From Octopus sinensis (lineage: Eukaryota): a stretch of DNA of 64,000 nucleotides. A model generated the notes under the pieces. The model ran no database searches and was not told the origin of the DNA. It saw only the letters and a program-made list of their open reading frames with translations. The stretch is taken from positions 10,292,001 through 10,356,000 of the forward strand of contig NC_043022.1 of assembly GCF_006345805.1 (NCBI RefSeq). Reading direction: 5' to 3'. Position 1 is the first letter of the stretch. Each line of letters begins with the position of its first letter. Positions 1 through 13,765 of this stretch are shown piece after piece. Both the position numbers and the translations under genes were made by a program.

Positions 1-83
1 AAAGTCGCCTTTGGACCAACATGAAATCTATCTGTATACAATATATATATACACACACACACACACACCACACACACACACAC

Positions 84-164
<81 letters not shown>

Positions 165-166
<2 letters not shown>

Positions 167-909
167 TGTGGTGTGTGTGTGTGGAGAGAGAGAGAGAGAG
201 ACAGACAGAGACAGAGTGAGGGATACAAACAAATAGACAGTTAGACAATACATACATAAATACATACATACAGGCGTAGACAGAGAGATAGTGTGCATGT
301 GCCAAACACGCGGCTTTGAGTTCGTGGCTAACGAGGCCAATCGCGCCCGCAGTCTCATCTGATAAACATATTTGCTTTGTGATTGTCACTTAAAAGAAAG
401 GGTCATTGAATGCTGGGTAGGTGAGGTCGGGGTAGAGTCCTTATGACAAGAGATAAAACGGGTGGGCAATAACAGCTGTAGAATTCCTTTTGCAGGATGA
501 CGTAAGACAACATATGTCGACTAAGTTTCCACTTACCTTTCATTGCCACAGCCTCTTGTCTGCGACAGTTCTAAATAGCTAAGTAACATGTATTCTTTAT
601 TGACCGATCTCTGCCTCTCGGCTCGCCACTTGTGTTCTTTTCTTTTCCCTTTTTAATTTAGAGTAAAGCTTGACCGGTCACCTGTTTGGTACCGAGGTTG
701 CGAAGGAAAGCATCTTGTTTAGTTCATCATCCTTTAAAGTTCAAGAAGGTCTTGCAGGTTTTTATAGTCTCAATGTATGTATGTATGTATGTATGTATGT
801 ATGTATGTATGTATGTAGTATGTATGTATGTGTGTGTGCGTGTGTATGTATGTGTGTGTATGTATGTATAGATAGATACACACACACACACCACACACAA
901 CACACACAC

Positions 910-993
<84 letters not shown>

Positions 994-1705
994 TGTGTGT
1001 GTGTGTGTGTGGTGGAGAGAGAGAGAGACAGACAGAGACAGAGTGAGGGATACAAACAAATAGACAGTTAGACAATACATACATAAATACATACATACAG
1101 GCGTAGACAGAGAGATAGTGTGCATGTGCCAAACACGCGGCTTTGAGTTCGTGGCTAACGAGGCCAATCGCGCCCGCAGTCTCATCTGATAAACATATTT
1201 GCTTTGTGATTGTCACTTAAAAGAAAGGGTCATTGAATGCTGGGTAGGTGAGGTCGGGGTAGAGTCCTTATGACAAGAGATAAAACGGGTGGGCAATAAC
1301 AGCTGTAGAATTCCTTTTGCAGGATGACGTAAGACAACATATGTCGACTAAGTTTCCACTTACCTTTCATTGCCACAGCCTCTTGTCTGCGACAGTTCTA
1401 AATAGCTAAGTAACATGTATTCTTTATTGACCGATCTCTGCCTCTCGGCTCGCCACTTGTGTTCTTTTCTTTTCCCTTTTTAATTTAGAGTAAAGCTTGA
1501 CCGGTCACCTGTTTGGTACCGAGGTTGCGAAGGAAAGCATCTTGTTTAGTTCATCATCCTTTAAAGTTCAAGAAGGTCTTGCAGGTTTTTATAGTCTCAA
1601 TGTATGTATGTATGTATGTGTGTGTATGTATGTATGTATGTATGTATGTATGTATGTATGTGTGTGTGCGTGTGTATGTATGTGTGTGTATGTATGTATA
1701 GATAG

Positions 1706-1740
<35 letters not shown>
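165..1740. repeat. Tandem duplication, unit about 827 bp
   Basis: The non-repetitive block at about 165-900 recurs essentially identically at about 990-1730 (identical ORF starts at 670 and 1497). Differences are mainly in microsatellite length. Confidence 0.95.
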
Positions 1741-1742
<2 letters not shown>

Positions 1743-1996
1743 TTATGCATGTATGTATGTACGTATGTACGTATTAATTTATGTATGAATACATACAGGC
1801 TTGAGAAAGGATCCAGGAATCCAGAAGGTTGTCCTCATTCGCTGAGTATAAAACAAATGAAGAATGGAGTTGTCCATATTACATTCGTTTCACAGATTAC
1901 ATTTGTTTCAATAACAGATTAGCAACACGTTATACAACATGCTTGAAGTCATGGAAAGCAACATTTTGGTGCGATTGTTACAGGCTGTTCACGTCT

Positions 1997-2088
1997 CATA
2001 AGCAGACGTTCATAAGCAGACGTTTATAAGCAGACGTTCATAAGCAGACGTTCATAAGCAGACGTTTATAAGCAGACGTTTATAAGCA
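1997..2088. repeat. 14-bp minisatellite (ATAAGCAGACGTTY) x about 6.5
   Basis: Read directly from the sequence. Confidence 0.95.
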
Positions 2089-2195
2089 CCCCAAGTTTTA
2101 AGTTTGATCTTTATCGTCTGATCCGAGTTTGAACATTCAGACTCCTCCTCTTCCAGATGTTCTTTCAAGGTTTACTGAAATTTATTAATGGACTG

Positions 2196-2425
2196 GCACT
2201 CCGTCGAGTACGACAACGAGGGTTCTACTTGATCCAGTCAAGGAGCAGCCTGCACGTGAAATTAACGTTCAAGTGGCTGAGAACTCCACAGACACCTGTA
2301 CCCTTAATGTAGTTCTCGTGGAGATTCAGCGCAACAGAGAATGTGACAAGACTGGCCTTTTGAATTACATGTGCAATTCATTTTTGCCAGCTGAGTGGAC
2401 TGGAACAGAGGGAAATGAGACTGAA
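2196..2425 (-). mobile_element. SINE family F, 3' fragment
   Basis: Reverse complement matches the body and tail of the copy at 17989-18310 (ggcactccgtcg...cagctgagtggactgg). Confidence 0.8.
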
Positions 2426-2655
2426 GTTATGGCAGGGAGAGAAAAACTCGATCATCTAATGCTGTATCACAAACTTTGACTCCGCATTTGGGATTATTGT
2501 CACGTACAAACAGGATTATGCACAGCTTGGCTTCAGTCTGGAATCTCAGGTTGAACATCATGCTGTCAGTATGATAGTATATACCAAAGCCATCTTTTGT
2601 CACGGAATATATTTGTTAGTTTTTCTGAAAACATGCTGAAAAAAGGGAGTGGTTA

Positions 2656-2821
2656 CACTAACATAGCTAGAGGAGGAGCGGTTGGAGCGGTCCGCCCCGA
2701 GCGGCACTTTTAATGGGGCACCACTTTTGTGTTTGCTGTAGGCAATATGTGTTTTTTGTGCTATCCAGGGCGGTAAACGGAAGGGCCGTCCCGAACAACA
2801 CACACTCTAGCTACGCTAGTG
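2656..2821. mobile_element. MITE with imperfect 17-bp TIRs (hAT-like ends)
   Basis: Left cactaacatagctagag versus right ctctagctacgctagtg (14/17 complementary). TSD not clear. Confidence 0.55.
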
Positions 2822-2884
2822 GGGTGGTAGGAAATAACCTTGTTTTACACTCTTCGTGATTTAGAATGTCACTGCATCAGTTAC

Positions 2885-3054
2885 CTTGTCAGAAATACAA
2901 AAAACCGGATAAAACCCAGGCAAACACGTCCTTATTGAATAACCGTAGCGAACAGTCAAATTGTGAGAACACGTACTCGACCAAAATTGTCCAGAGCCCT
3001 TCAAAGTCGACATGGGTTGTGTAGAGATCATAATTAATGTTATTTTCGAAACAT
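2885..3054 (-). CDS. Candidate internal exon, unknown product
   Basis: Acceptor caattttag|AT and donor AAG|gtaact. 170 nt, open (phase 1 to 0): DVSKITLIMISTQPMSTLKGSGQFWSSTCSHNLTVRYGYSIRTCLPGFYPVFCISDK. Confidence 0.2.
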
Positions 3055-4517
3055 CTAAAATTGCTTGTACTATAAACACCATATCGATTATATCACGGTC
3101 CTCCTTAAGGCGGCTCTAGCATTCGGCCAGAAGGCCCTTTTCAAGATAAACAAATAACCGCCTTAATACCATTCAGGCGTTCGTGACCTTCAGTAGAATG
3201 TTCTCCTGGCGTTATATCGAGTAGCAGAGCACAGTGACCCTTGATACACAGAAGCGTGCACTTATAATCTTGTTAAGTTTCCATTGGAATAGCATCAGAT
3301 CTTGGGTCATTGCTTCTGGACAAAGCACCTATGATACTCAGGTTCTTATCCGCAATTAGAAAGGCCAGCAAGTGACAGGTGATTCCAGCTGATGCTATGC
3401 GGATTAATGCTTCTCATTGAGTGTGGAGAGGCGGATCAGGGCAGCGTCGAAACGCACATTTTCTATAGCGTCAGGTTATCCCATAACTTGAGAGCGAAAT
3501 TGGATTGACGGAAACTGAAAAGAAGCCTGTCATGTGAAGTGTACCACTAATTTTAAAAAGACTGTGCCGTCACGCACCGAATTACGTTGATTCTGCCTGA
3601 CAGTTGTGTCAAGGGCCACATGTCTGTGGAATCCTCATCCATCTGCATGTTAATTAAGGGGCAATAAGTTCAGTCGATCGATCCACTGCATCCGCCTCAT
3701 CGAACGCCGAGCACACATGCGCACACACGATCACACACACATACACACACACACGCACACACATAGACATGCACGCGTGCGCACGCACCCACTCACATAC
3801 ACAAGCGCGCGCACGCACACGCTTCCAGGCACTCACACTCGCACACGCACGCATACACACACACGTACACACACACGACATACACACACACGTACACACA
3901 CACGACATACACACAAGCGCGCACACCGCCCAGGCACTCACACTCGCGCGTGCATGCACACACACGCGCACACATATACACTCACACTCACACAAGGCAC
4001 ACACGCGCACACCACGTACTCACTCGCACACACGCACTCATACTCGCACACGCGCACACACATACGCGCACACACATACACGCACACACATACACGCTCA
4101 CACACACATACTCACACGAACATACACACATATGAAAGGTATATTCTCGTACATAACTGCATAGTGATTCTAGCATTGTACCAAGCGGCGTGTGTATGAC
4201 TAACGTCTGCATTAGTTCACAAATCAATAACCAGCACTCTAAGTTATTACATTGCATTGTTAACCGTGATAACTATGGAAACTGTTGAATAGAAATACTA
4301 TATATATAACGCGCAAACATAAACTGAAAGATCGCTTGGCGATACACAAGGCGTATTTAATAAAATTGCTTAGTTAAACTATTATAAAAGCGTGAAACTA
4401 TTAACAGCTCTTTCGGTTGTGTATTAAATTGATATTTATGTATCACTGGACGGTGTACCTTTTTGTTGTTGGTTCTGCGTTTGCACTCGCGTGCGCGTAC
4501 TCTTCTCCAGTTGCGTA

Positions 4518-4822
4518 CACATACATACATACATACATACATACATACACATATATATATACATACATACATGCATGCATACATACATACATACATACAT
4601 ACATACATACATACATACATACATACACATATATATATATATACATACATGCATGCATGCATACATACATACATACATACATACATACATACATACATAC
4701 ACATATATATATACATACATACATGCATGCATACATACATACATACATACATACATACAATACATACATACATACACATATATATATATATATCATACAT
4801 ACATGCATGCATACATACATAC

Positions 4823-4857
<35 letters not shown>

Positions 4858-5932
4858 CATACATACATGCATGCATATACATACTACATACATACATACA
4901 TACATACATACATACATACACATACATATATATATATATACATACATGCATGCATGCATACATACATACATACATACATACACATATATAATATATATAC
5001 ATACATGCATGCATGCATACATACATACATACATACATACATACATACATACATACACATATATATATACATACATACATGCATGCATACATACTACATA
5101 CATACATACATACACATACATACATACACATATATATATATTACATACATACATGCATCATGCAACATACTACATACATACATACATACATATACATACA
5201 TATATACATACATACATGCATGCATCATACATACATACATACATACCTACATACACCATACATACATACATACACATATATATATATATATACATACATG
5301 CATGCATGCATACATACATACATACATACATACACATATATATATATATACATACATGCATGCATGCATGCATACATACATACATACATACATACATACA
5401 CATATATATACATACATGCATGCATGCATGCATACATACATACATACATACATACATACATACATACACATATATATATACATACATACATGCATGCATA
5501 CATACATACATACATACATACATACTACACATATATATATATATACATACATGCATGCATGCATACATACATACATACATACTACATACATACACATATA
5601 TATATATACATACATGCATGCATGCATGCATACATACATACATACATACATACACATATATATATACATACATGCATGCATGCATGCATACATACATACA
5701 TACATACATACATACATACACATATATATATATACATACATGCATGCATGCATGCATACATACATACATACATACATACACATATATATACATACATACA
5801 TGCATGCATGCATACATACATACATACATACATACATACATACATACATACATACACATATATATATACATATATACATGCATGCATGCATACATACATA
5901 TATATATATACATACATACATGCATGCATGCA

Positions 5933-5968
<36 letters not shown>

Positions 5969-6689
5969 TATACATACATGCATGCATGCATACATACATA
6001 CATACATACACAATATATATACATACATACATGCATGCATGCATACATACATACATACATACATACACATATATATATACATACATACATGCATGCATGC
6101 ATACATACATACATACATACACATATATATATATATACATACATACATGCATGCATGCATACATACATACATACATACACATATATATATACATACATAC
6201 ATGCATGCATGCATACATACATACATACATACACATATATATATACATACATACATGCATGCATGCATACATACATACATACATACATACACATATATAT
6301 ATATACATACATACATGCATGCATGCATACATACATACATACATACATACATACACATATATATATATACATACATACATGCATGCATGCATGCATACAT
6401 ACATACATACATACACATATATATATACATACATACATGCATGCATGCATACATACATACATACATACATACATACACATATATATATACATACATACAT
6501 GCATGCATGCATACATACATACATACATACACATATATATATACATACATACATGCATGCATGCATACATACATACATACATACATACATACATACATAC
6601 ATACACATATATATATACATACATACATGCATGCATACATACATACATACATACATACACATATATATATACATACATGCATGCATGCA

Positions 6690-6723
<34 letters not shown>

Positions 6724-6771
6724 CACATATATATATACATACATACATGCATGCATGCATGCATACATACA

Positions 6772-6807
<36 letters not shown>

Positions 6808-6921
6808 CATACATACATACATACATGCATGCATGCATACATACATACATACATACATACACATATATATATATACATACATGCATGCATACATACATAC
6901 ATACATACATACATACATACA
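4518..6921. repeat. 2.4-kb compound satellite: (CATA)n-CA-(TA)n-(CATA)2-(CATG)n, higher-order unit about 50 bp
   Basis: Read directly. It is the source of the 400-890 aa spurious HTYI/MYVC ORFs. Confidence 0.97.
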
Positions 6922-7263
6922 TCTGAGACCTCCCTCGGTCATGACTGACCGTGGGATTGCACCTAGAAAGTTACCCTCCCAGGCACAAGTTCGGGCAAGG
7001 CTGTTTTTTATGGAAGACCAGCAGTCGTCCATGCATACCGGCCTCACCTCTCCACGCCACCAGTGTTATCCAAGGGAAAGGCAAAGGGGCCGATACAGCT
7101 TGGCACCTGTGACGTCGCAACTCAGTTCTACAGCTGAGTGAACTGGAGCAATGTGAAATAAAGTGTCTTGCTCAAGAATACAACACACAGCCTGGTCCGG
7201 GATTCGAACTCACAACCTCACGATCGTAAGCTCAATGCTCTAAACACTGAGCCATGCGCCTTC
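6922..7263 (-). mobile_element. tRNA-derived SINE family C, full length
   Basis: Minus-strand head GGCGCATGGCTCAGTG...GAGTTCGAATCCC (A and B boxes). Body shared with 7303, 15273 and 61960. Confidence 0.9.
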
Positions 7264-7302
7264 ACATACATACATACATACATACATACATACATTCATA
7301 CA

Positions 7303-7645
7303 TCTGAGGCCCCCCCTCGGTCATGACTGACCGTGGGATTGCACCTAGAAAGTTACCCTCCCAAGCACAAGTCCAGGCAAGGTGGGTTTTTTTATGGAAG
7401 ACCAGCAGTCGTCCATGCATACCGGCCTCACCTCTCCACGCCACCAGTGTTATCCAAGGGAAAGACAAAGGGGCCGATACAGCTTGGCACCAGTGATGTC
7501 GCAACTCAGTTCTACAGCTGAGTGAACTGGAGCAATGTGAAATATAGTGTCTTGCTCAAGAACACAACACGCAGCCCGGTCCGGGATTCGAACTCACAAC
7601 CTCACGATCGTAAGCTCGACGCGCTAACCACTGAGCCATGCGCCT
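7303..7645 (-). mobile_element. tRNA-derived SINE family C, second tandem copy
   Basis: Highly similar to 6922-7263 and separated from it by (CATA)n. Confidence 0.9.
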
Positions 7646-7739
7646 ATACATACATACATACATACATACATACATACATACATACATACATACATACATA
7701 CATACATGCATCCATGCATTCATGCATACAAGTATATCG

Positions 7740-9047
7740 CATCGCACGCAATACCTTCGAGACTGTGAGTCAAAAACTTCATAACAGGAAAACATTCAGA
7801 AGAAATTCCATTGGCTGAGAGTGGTACAAAAAAATCTGACGTATCGTAGGTCCTTTATCGATATTTATTAGCAAGCTTTCAGTGGAGATATAAATACACC
7901 AAGCTGGTTGGAGACAGAAAGAAAACTGATACCCGAAAGCAAAGCTACTCATACAACAAAAAATTCTATTGTTCAGTAGCATACCAGGAACAATATTTAC
8001 ATTCTGTCTAAGTCAGCAAAAAAGCAGCCAAAAAAATGACATTCTAATGTCAAAGAAACTTGCAAATTCGCAAGGGAACTTGGTTTTAACCTTGAATTAC
8101 ACGAAGAACCTGAAACCACTGCCACCAAAAAAAGAAAACTGATCAAACAGACTACAAAAAAGAACGGGCAGAAACAAATTGAGGAGAGGTGGAGTATATA
8201 CTTCGAAGCCAAAATGCTGATGTAGACCAAGCAACAAGCTATCAGTGGCTGAGAAGCTCTGTACTGAAAGCAGGAACTGAAAGTTTCATATTAACGACAC
8301 AAGTTAAAAGCTTGCTAACCAAAATCTACCAGGCTAACGTTCTTCAAGACGGTTCTGACCCTAAATGCAGATTTGGCGATACATGTAACGAAGCAATATA
8401 CCATCTCGTCTCGGGATGTCCTGTACTGACACCAAATGAATACAAAAATTGTCACGATAGGGTAGAACAGTATTTACAATGGAAAATATGTAAATACTAC
8501 AAAATCAACACTCCTGCTTACTGGTATGACCTTCATCCTGAACCAGTCGGTGAAGGTAAAAATGTCACTATCGTCTGGGATTTTCCAGTCAACACCGACA
8601 GAACGATCCAGGCTAATCGACCAGACATAGTCATTAACGACGGGGAAGAAAATACTTATAAACTAATAGACGTAAGTGTTGTCACTGATCAAAATATATC
8701 TGTAAAGGAATTTGACAAATTAAGTAAATATAAGGACCTGGAAATTGAAATACAAAAGATGTGGCATCTTAAAGCAAGAACTGTTCCTGTTGTTGTGGAT
8801 GCCCTAGGTATGATAAAAAAAGGATGTCAAAATCATCTAGATTATATCCCAGGGGAAACATGTCTCAGAGAAATCCAGTTTAAATGTCTGTGTTGTATTA
8901 CATGAAGATATTTAGCTACTGGCTCTGCCACCTCCCCTCTCCAAACTTTTACTCATACTGTAACATCTCTTATCCTTCACTCGCCCTCTGACGCTGGGTG
9001 GGGTCGCAGCAGGTAAGTGTAACAAACATGCAGATTAAAATCAAATG

Positions 9048-9094
<47 letters not shown>

Positions 9095-9095
9095 T
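7740..9095 (+). mobile_element. R4/Dong-clade non-LTR retrotransposon relic, internally deleted
   Basis: ORF 8189-8905 has a CCHC-like knuckle (C..C...E...HLVSGC...HD) and a restriction-like endonuclease motif (NRPDIV...LIDVSV...K..KY.DL). Decayed RT N-terminal motifs (KLHN.K, PSWL.T...LIP.SK) at 7760-8010. Ends in a (TAA)n tail. Confidence 0.9.
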
Positions 9096-9134
9096 CTTGT
9101 CATAGTATGATAAAAAGAACCATTCATACATACA

Positions 9135-9390
9135 TAACAAAAACGCCAGGGACTAACAAGTATATACAACATACAGATAATAGCACTACTAGGCACCGTG
9201 CACATCCTACGTAAAACACTGCCAATACAGTGAAAATAAAAGCATCACAACAAACTATAGCACATACCCAAGGCACACAGAGCTGCGCTTGGAAGTGCAG
9301 TGAAAGCACGCAATAAAAATAAAACTGCTGAATAATAATTATAATAATGATGATGATGATAATAATAATAATAATAATAATAATAATGTT
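9135..9390 (+). mobile_element. 3' tip of a second R4/Dong-like LINE
   Basis: Translates ..NIQIIALLGTVHILRKTLPIQ*, the typical R4 C-terminus, followed by a short UTR and (TAA/TGA)n. Confidence 0.8.
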
Positions 9391-9459
9391 GATGATGATG
9401 GTGGTGATGATTTTATTTATTTGCCTCAAGGGCGAAGGATGAGAGGGATAATGCAAAAA

Positions 9460-10640
9460 CAGACAAAGTGTTGGGGTTTACATATAGTGGAATGATAAAA
9501 AGAATAAAAAAGTAAGTATACACTGAAGAAGAAGAAGGGACATATGCAGAGCATGTAAAGGTTAAAAGAAAAGTTGCGGGCAGGATGATACAGATGTGGC
9601 CCTCCTCATACAGGAATGCCTCTAGGGATAATCGAGGAACCCCACTGTCCAAGATTTCCCTGAAACCCCAAGAACATGTGCCCGCTCCAATTCCTTCTCT
9701 CCGACTCACAGGTCTACACTCTTGCCATCCACTCTTGCCATTTTCGCAACTTTCACCCACCTTTCAACAAACTCACTTAAGGACAGAATTTCCCCCTCCA
9801 CTCTCAATTTCCTTTCCAAGTGAAACTTGAAGTCAATGGGAGCTCTACCAAAGAGGAATGTATCTGTCCTCATGCCTTTCAGCCTTGGCCACTAACCAAC
9901 CTATTTCGCCACAGCCACCAGCCAGGGGAAAACTGCCTTGCCTGCCCGATTGAAGGAAGGTGACGGGGCGACCATCACTACAGGCTCGGCCGACAGACAG
10001 ATCCCCGTGCCACACGTGACAGCAGCTGTTCGACATAACCCCGCAAGTCAGCAATACTCGGACACTGAACGAGGGCATGCAGAATGGTTTCGTCACTCTG
10101 AGCGCACCTCGGACAAGCCCGTCTGACAGCACATCCGTGCCTGTAGAGTTTATCTCGAACCGGTAGCACCCCCGACTCCGATAGCACTGCCAGGCCAAGG
10201 ACATCTGGAAATTATCCATGATAGTTCTCAATCGGAAATTCCTCCGGAACAGACTAGCCAATTCGTCTCGTCGGCCCAGAGTCTCTACGAGATCATTGTC
10301 GCACTTACCCGCCACTAATCCTCGATAAATATCTAAAGCGGAACATCCACCGATCCCATTGCCCAACTGGTAGAGGGCTGTGAGCGCCTGACAACATTCT
10401 AGGTGTCAGGCGCCCAGTCTTGGTCCTTTCTTCACCCAGGACTGCAACTCCGTCAAGGAGACAAGCTGCGGGAAGACGAATCTCACAAATGGAGCCCACG
10501 CTCGCTCACCGTCCAGAAATCATTCCAGGTGAGGTAACCTAAGAGCATGTCTGTGCATTAGGAGCCACGGCATACCTAATCCACCACCCAGAGAATGCTT
10601 GCAACAGACCATTGGAACGCGTTCCTCCCACAAGAATTTA
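9460..10640 (-). mobile_element. L1/Tx1-type LINE, 5'-truncated and frameshifted
   Basis: Frames give GGLGMPWL.MHRHALRL, DNFQMSLAWQCYR/GVLPVRDKLYRHG...CPRCAQSDETILHALVQCP (zf-RVT-like). Confidence 0.85.
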
Positions 10641-10745
10641 AATAAGAGACGCTCCGACCCGGTCAAGCAATAACCAGGACAATGCACGACAGTCAAGCGA
10701 TAAACGATAACGGAGGCGATTCCTTTTTACTATAGGGCAGAAGGC

Positions 10746-10912
10746 CTGAAGTTTCGGAGGAGAAAGTAAGTTAATCACATCGACCCCAGCGCTCAACTGG
10801 TACTTCTTTTGTCGACCCAGAAAGAATGAAAGGCCAAGTCGACCACGGCAGAATTTGAAATCAGAACGTGGAGACAGGCGAAATGTTGCCCGGCACGGTA
10901 ACGATTCTGCCA
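10746..10912 (-). mobile_element. SINE family B, diverged
   Basis: Matches the ttctgagttcaaattccgccgaggtcgactttgcctttcatcc motif in reverse complement. Confidence 0.8.
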
Positions 10913-11039
10913 AAATGATTTAACAGTTAAATAAGTTGCTTACAAGAAAGGAGTTTGGTAGTGGTTGAAATATTTTTAATTAACAAAATTATGATGTTAG
11001 ACGGGCAGCTGCAGTGAAGAAACTTGCCTAACAGTCTGA

Positions 11040-11190
11040 TCGCATTACAGGAAGGTATTTGACTACAAAGCTGAGTGGACTGGAGAAAAAGGAAATAAAG
11101 TACCTTGCTCAAGGACACAACGCGCCGCCGGGAATCGAACTCACGATCTTGAGCCGAATATTCCTAACGAGTGAGCCACGCACCTTCACT
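11040..11190 (-). mobile_element. tRNA-SINE head fragment (C/F type)
   Basis: gctgagtggactggag...cttgctcaaggacacaacgcg...gaatcgaactcacgatc. Confidence 0.7.
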
Positions 11191-11625
11191 GTCATTCATT
11201 TGTATACACTGTAAATGTGTTTATAAATACGCGTCTTTGTGCTTTTCTGTGTTATTCAGAGTAATATGTGTTGTGTGAATGTGTATGCAAGTGTTTGCTT
11301 TGGCATAGAAAATTCATATGTGAATATTTTCAACTGCTTTAAACCACCACAAGAATTGCATCGAAATCTAACGGAAATAATAATTAAGTGTTTTTCAGAT
11401 ATTTCTTAAATAACCTTAAAAGTGGTGCAAGCGTTTGTTAACAGTTGCTAATGCATATAAGCTTGCAGAGTGCATTCTGCATTGTACATTCGTATTTGCA
11501 CTCTTTTGTGCATTGTACAAAGTGAAGAACAACAAACAATTACCTCATTGTCACACATGTACACATACATGCATGCACATGTTCACACACACATGTGTAT
11601 GTATATATATATTATGCATACATTC

Positions 11626-11677
<52 letters not shown>

Positions 11678-11720
11678 GATATATACATGCATACATACAT
11701 ACATTCATATATATATATTT

Positions 11721-12111
11721 CTCTTTTTTCTCTTTTACTTGTTTCAGTCATTTGACTGCGGCCATGCTGGAGCACCGCCTTTAGTCGAGCAAATCGACCC
11801 CGGGACTTATTCTTTGTAAGCCCAGTACTTATTCTATCGGTCTTTTTTGCCGGACCGCTAAGTGACGGGGACGTAAACACACCAGCATCGGTTGTCAAGC
11901 AATGCTAGGTGGGAAAACACAGACACACACACATACATATATATATACATATATACGACAGGCTTCTTTCAGTTTCCGTCTACCAAATCCACTCACAAGG
12001 CATTGGTCGGCCCTGGGCTATAGCAGAAGGCACTTGCCCAAGATGCCACGCAGTGGGACTGAACCCGGAACCATGTGGTTGGTTAGCAAGCTACTTACCA
12101 CACAGCCACTC
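11721..12111 (-). mobile_element. tRNA-derived SINE family A
   Basis: Near-complete copy: head GAGTGGCTGTGTGG...GGTTCAGTCCC, internal (TA)/(TG) tract, tail ..GAAACAAGTAAAAGAG. Confidence 0.93.
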
Positions 12112-12112
12112 A

Positions 12113-12364
12113 AAATAAATGCGCCCTTTTAAAGCCTAGCCAGGCTCATGGGCCCGGTTTCCCGGTTTCAATGGCGTATGTGTTCCTCGGCTGGACGGTA
12201 CGCCTGTCCATCGCAGCGTTACTCATTTTTGCCAGTTGAGTGGACTGGAGCAACGTGAAGTTAAGTGTTTTGCTCAAGAACACAACGCGTCGCCCGGTCC
12301 AGGAATCGAAACCACAATCTTACGATCATGATGCTGACATCCTAATCACTAAGCCACGCGCCTC

Positions 12365-12365
<1 letters not shown>
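12113..12365 (-). mobile_element. tRNA-derived SINE family E
   Basis: Head GGAGGCGCGTGGCTTAGTG...GGTTTCGATTCC. Body GCGATGGACAGGCGTACCGTCCAG. Second copy at 41088-41316. Confidence 0.85.
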
Positions 12366-12396
<31 letters not shown>

Positions 12397-12407
12397 TATT
12401 TTATATA

Positions 12408-12489
<82 letters not shown>

Positions 12490-12497
<8 letters not shown>

Positions 12498-12947
12498 TCT
12501 AGTTGTGTGAGTGTCTGTCCCCTTCGATTTAGATTCTTAACTCCTCCCACATTTTGCGGTGCAGTTTAACCAAATTCGGGTATCTTATAGTCGTGATTCA
12601 TATCTAGCCCGTCTGACTATTAGCGCGCGTCAACGATGAGTCTACGATTTTAAAAATAATTTAACATCATTTTTTATTGGAGTTGGCGTCCACGCTCACA
12701 GCTGCACCTGTTTGCTTCTCCCCCTTCCCTCCCTCGTGAAGCTGTGGGGAAGGGAGTGTAAAGAACTCAACGTCGTAATGCGTTGTGAAGGAGACCAGCG
12801 TTCTTTTAGAACAACGACTTCATGACTTGAAGACACCAAAACAAAAATGGGTAAGAAAGCTTGAATTTATAAGGGAAGTAACTCTCTAAAAATGCTTATA
12901 TAGTTATTTCCCTTACAAACCTGAGCAACGCCGGGCGATACTGCTAG
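12490..12947 (+). mobile_element. Non-autonomous Helitron-like element
   Basis: Starts in the TA tract (TATAAAACTCTAG..) and ends gagcaacgccgggcgatactgCTAG|T, a GC-rich subterminal motif plus CTAG before T. Confidence 0.7.
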
Positions 12948-12986
12948 TATATATATATAAATATATATAATATAAATATATATAAA

Positions 12987-13075
<89 letters not shown>

Positions 13076-13267
13076 TATATATAATATATATATATATAAA
13101 AGTGGGATAGGGGTTGTAATTCAACCCTCCATGGGATAACATATATCCAATATACTGCTAGAGAAGTACCCAACAAAGCTAATACATAAATGTTAAAAAT
13201 TGCGATGCAATTAATTCATCTACTGTATTACATGGGCAAAGGTAAAATTATTACCGTAAATTAATAA

Positions 13268-13638
13268 TACAAAATTAGAAAATGGAGAAACATACCTAAA
13301 TCAATCATCAACCATCAGATAATACCCAATCAATACTTTATTAAACCATTACACCACAGCAATGATATTATACGTTGATATATTACAAATGTAACAAGAC
13401 ATAGAAATAGAAATAGAAAATACATTTAGGTTAAATGGGACATACCTGTCTTCACGGCCGAAACAGCTGTCAGCTACAATGTAAATGTATTTTCTATTTC
13501 TATTTCTATGTCTTGTTATATTTGTAATATATCAATGTATAATATCATTGCTATGGTGTAATGGTTTAATAAAGTATTGATTGGGTATTATCTGATGGTT
13601 GATGATTGATTTAGGTATGTTTCTCCATTTTCTAATTT

Positions 13639-13642
<4 letters not shown>
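13268..13642. repeat. Foldback element, 160-bp inverted arms and 55-bp spacer
   Basis: 13268-13427 is the near-perfect reverse complement of 13483-13642. The spacer holds GGCCGAAACAGCTGTC. Confidence 0.9.
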
Positions 13643-13710
<68 letters not shown>

Positions 13711-13711
13711 T

Positions 13712-13765
<54 letters not shown>

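Noticed and set aside
537-650. Minus-strand exon ending AG|gtaagt in the duplicated unit
   Set aside because: No convincing acceptor, the frame closes just upstream, and no recognisable product.
4417-7141. ORFs of 446-892 aa (HTYI/MYVC/HACM repeats)
   Set aside because: Translations of a stop-free CATA/CATG/TA satellite, open in several frames on both strands.
8189-8905. 238-aa ORF as a host gene
   Set aside because: It is the knuckle and endonuclease end of an R4/Dong LINE, with a TAA tail.
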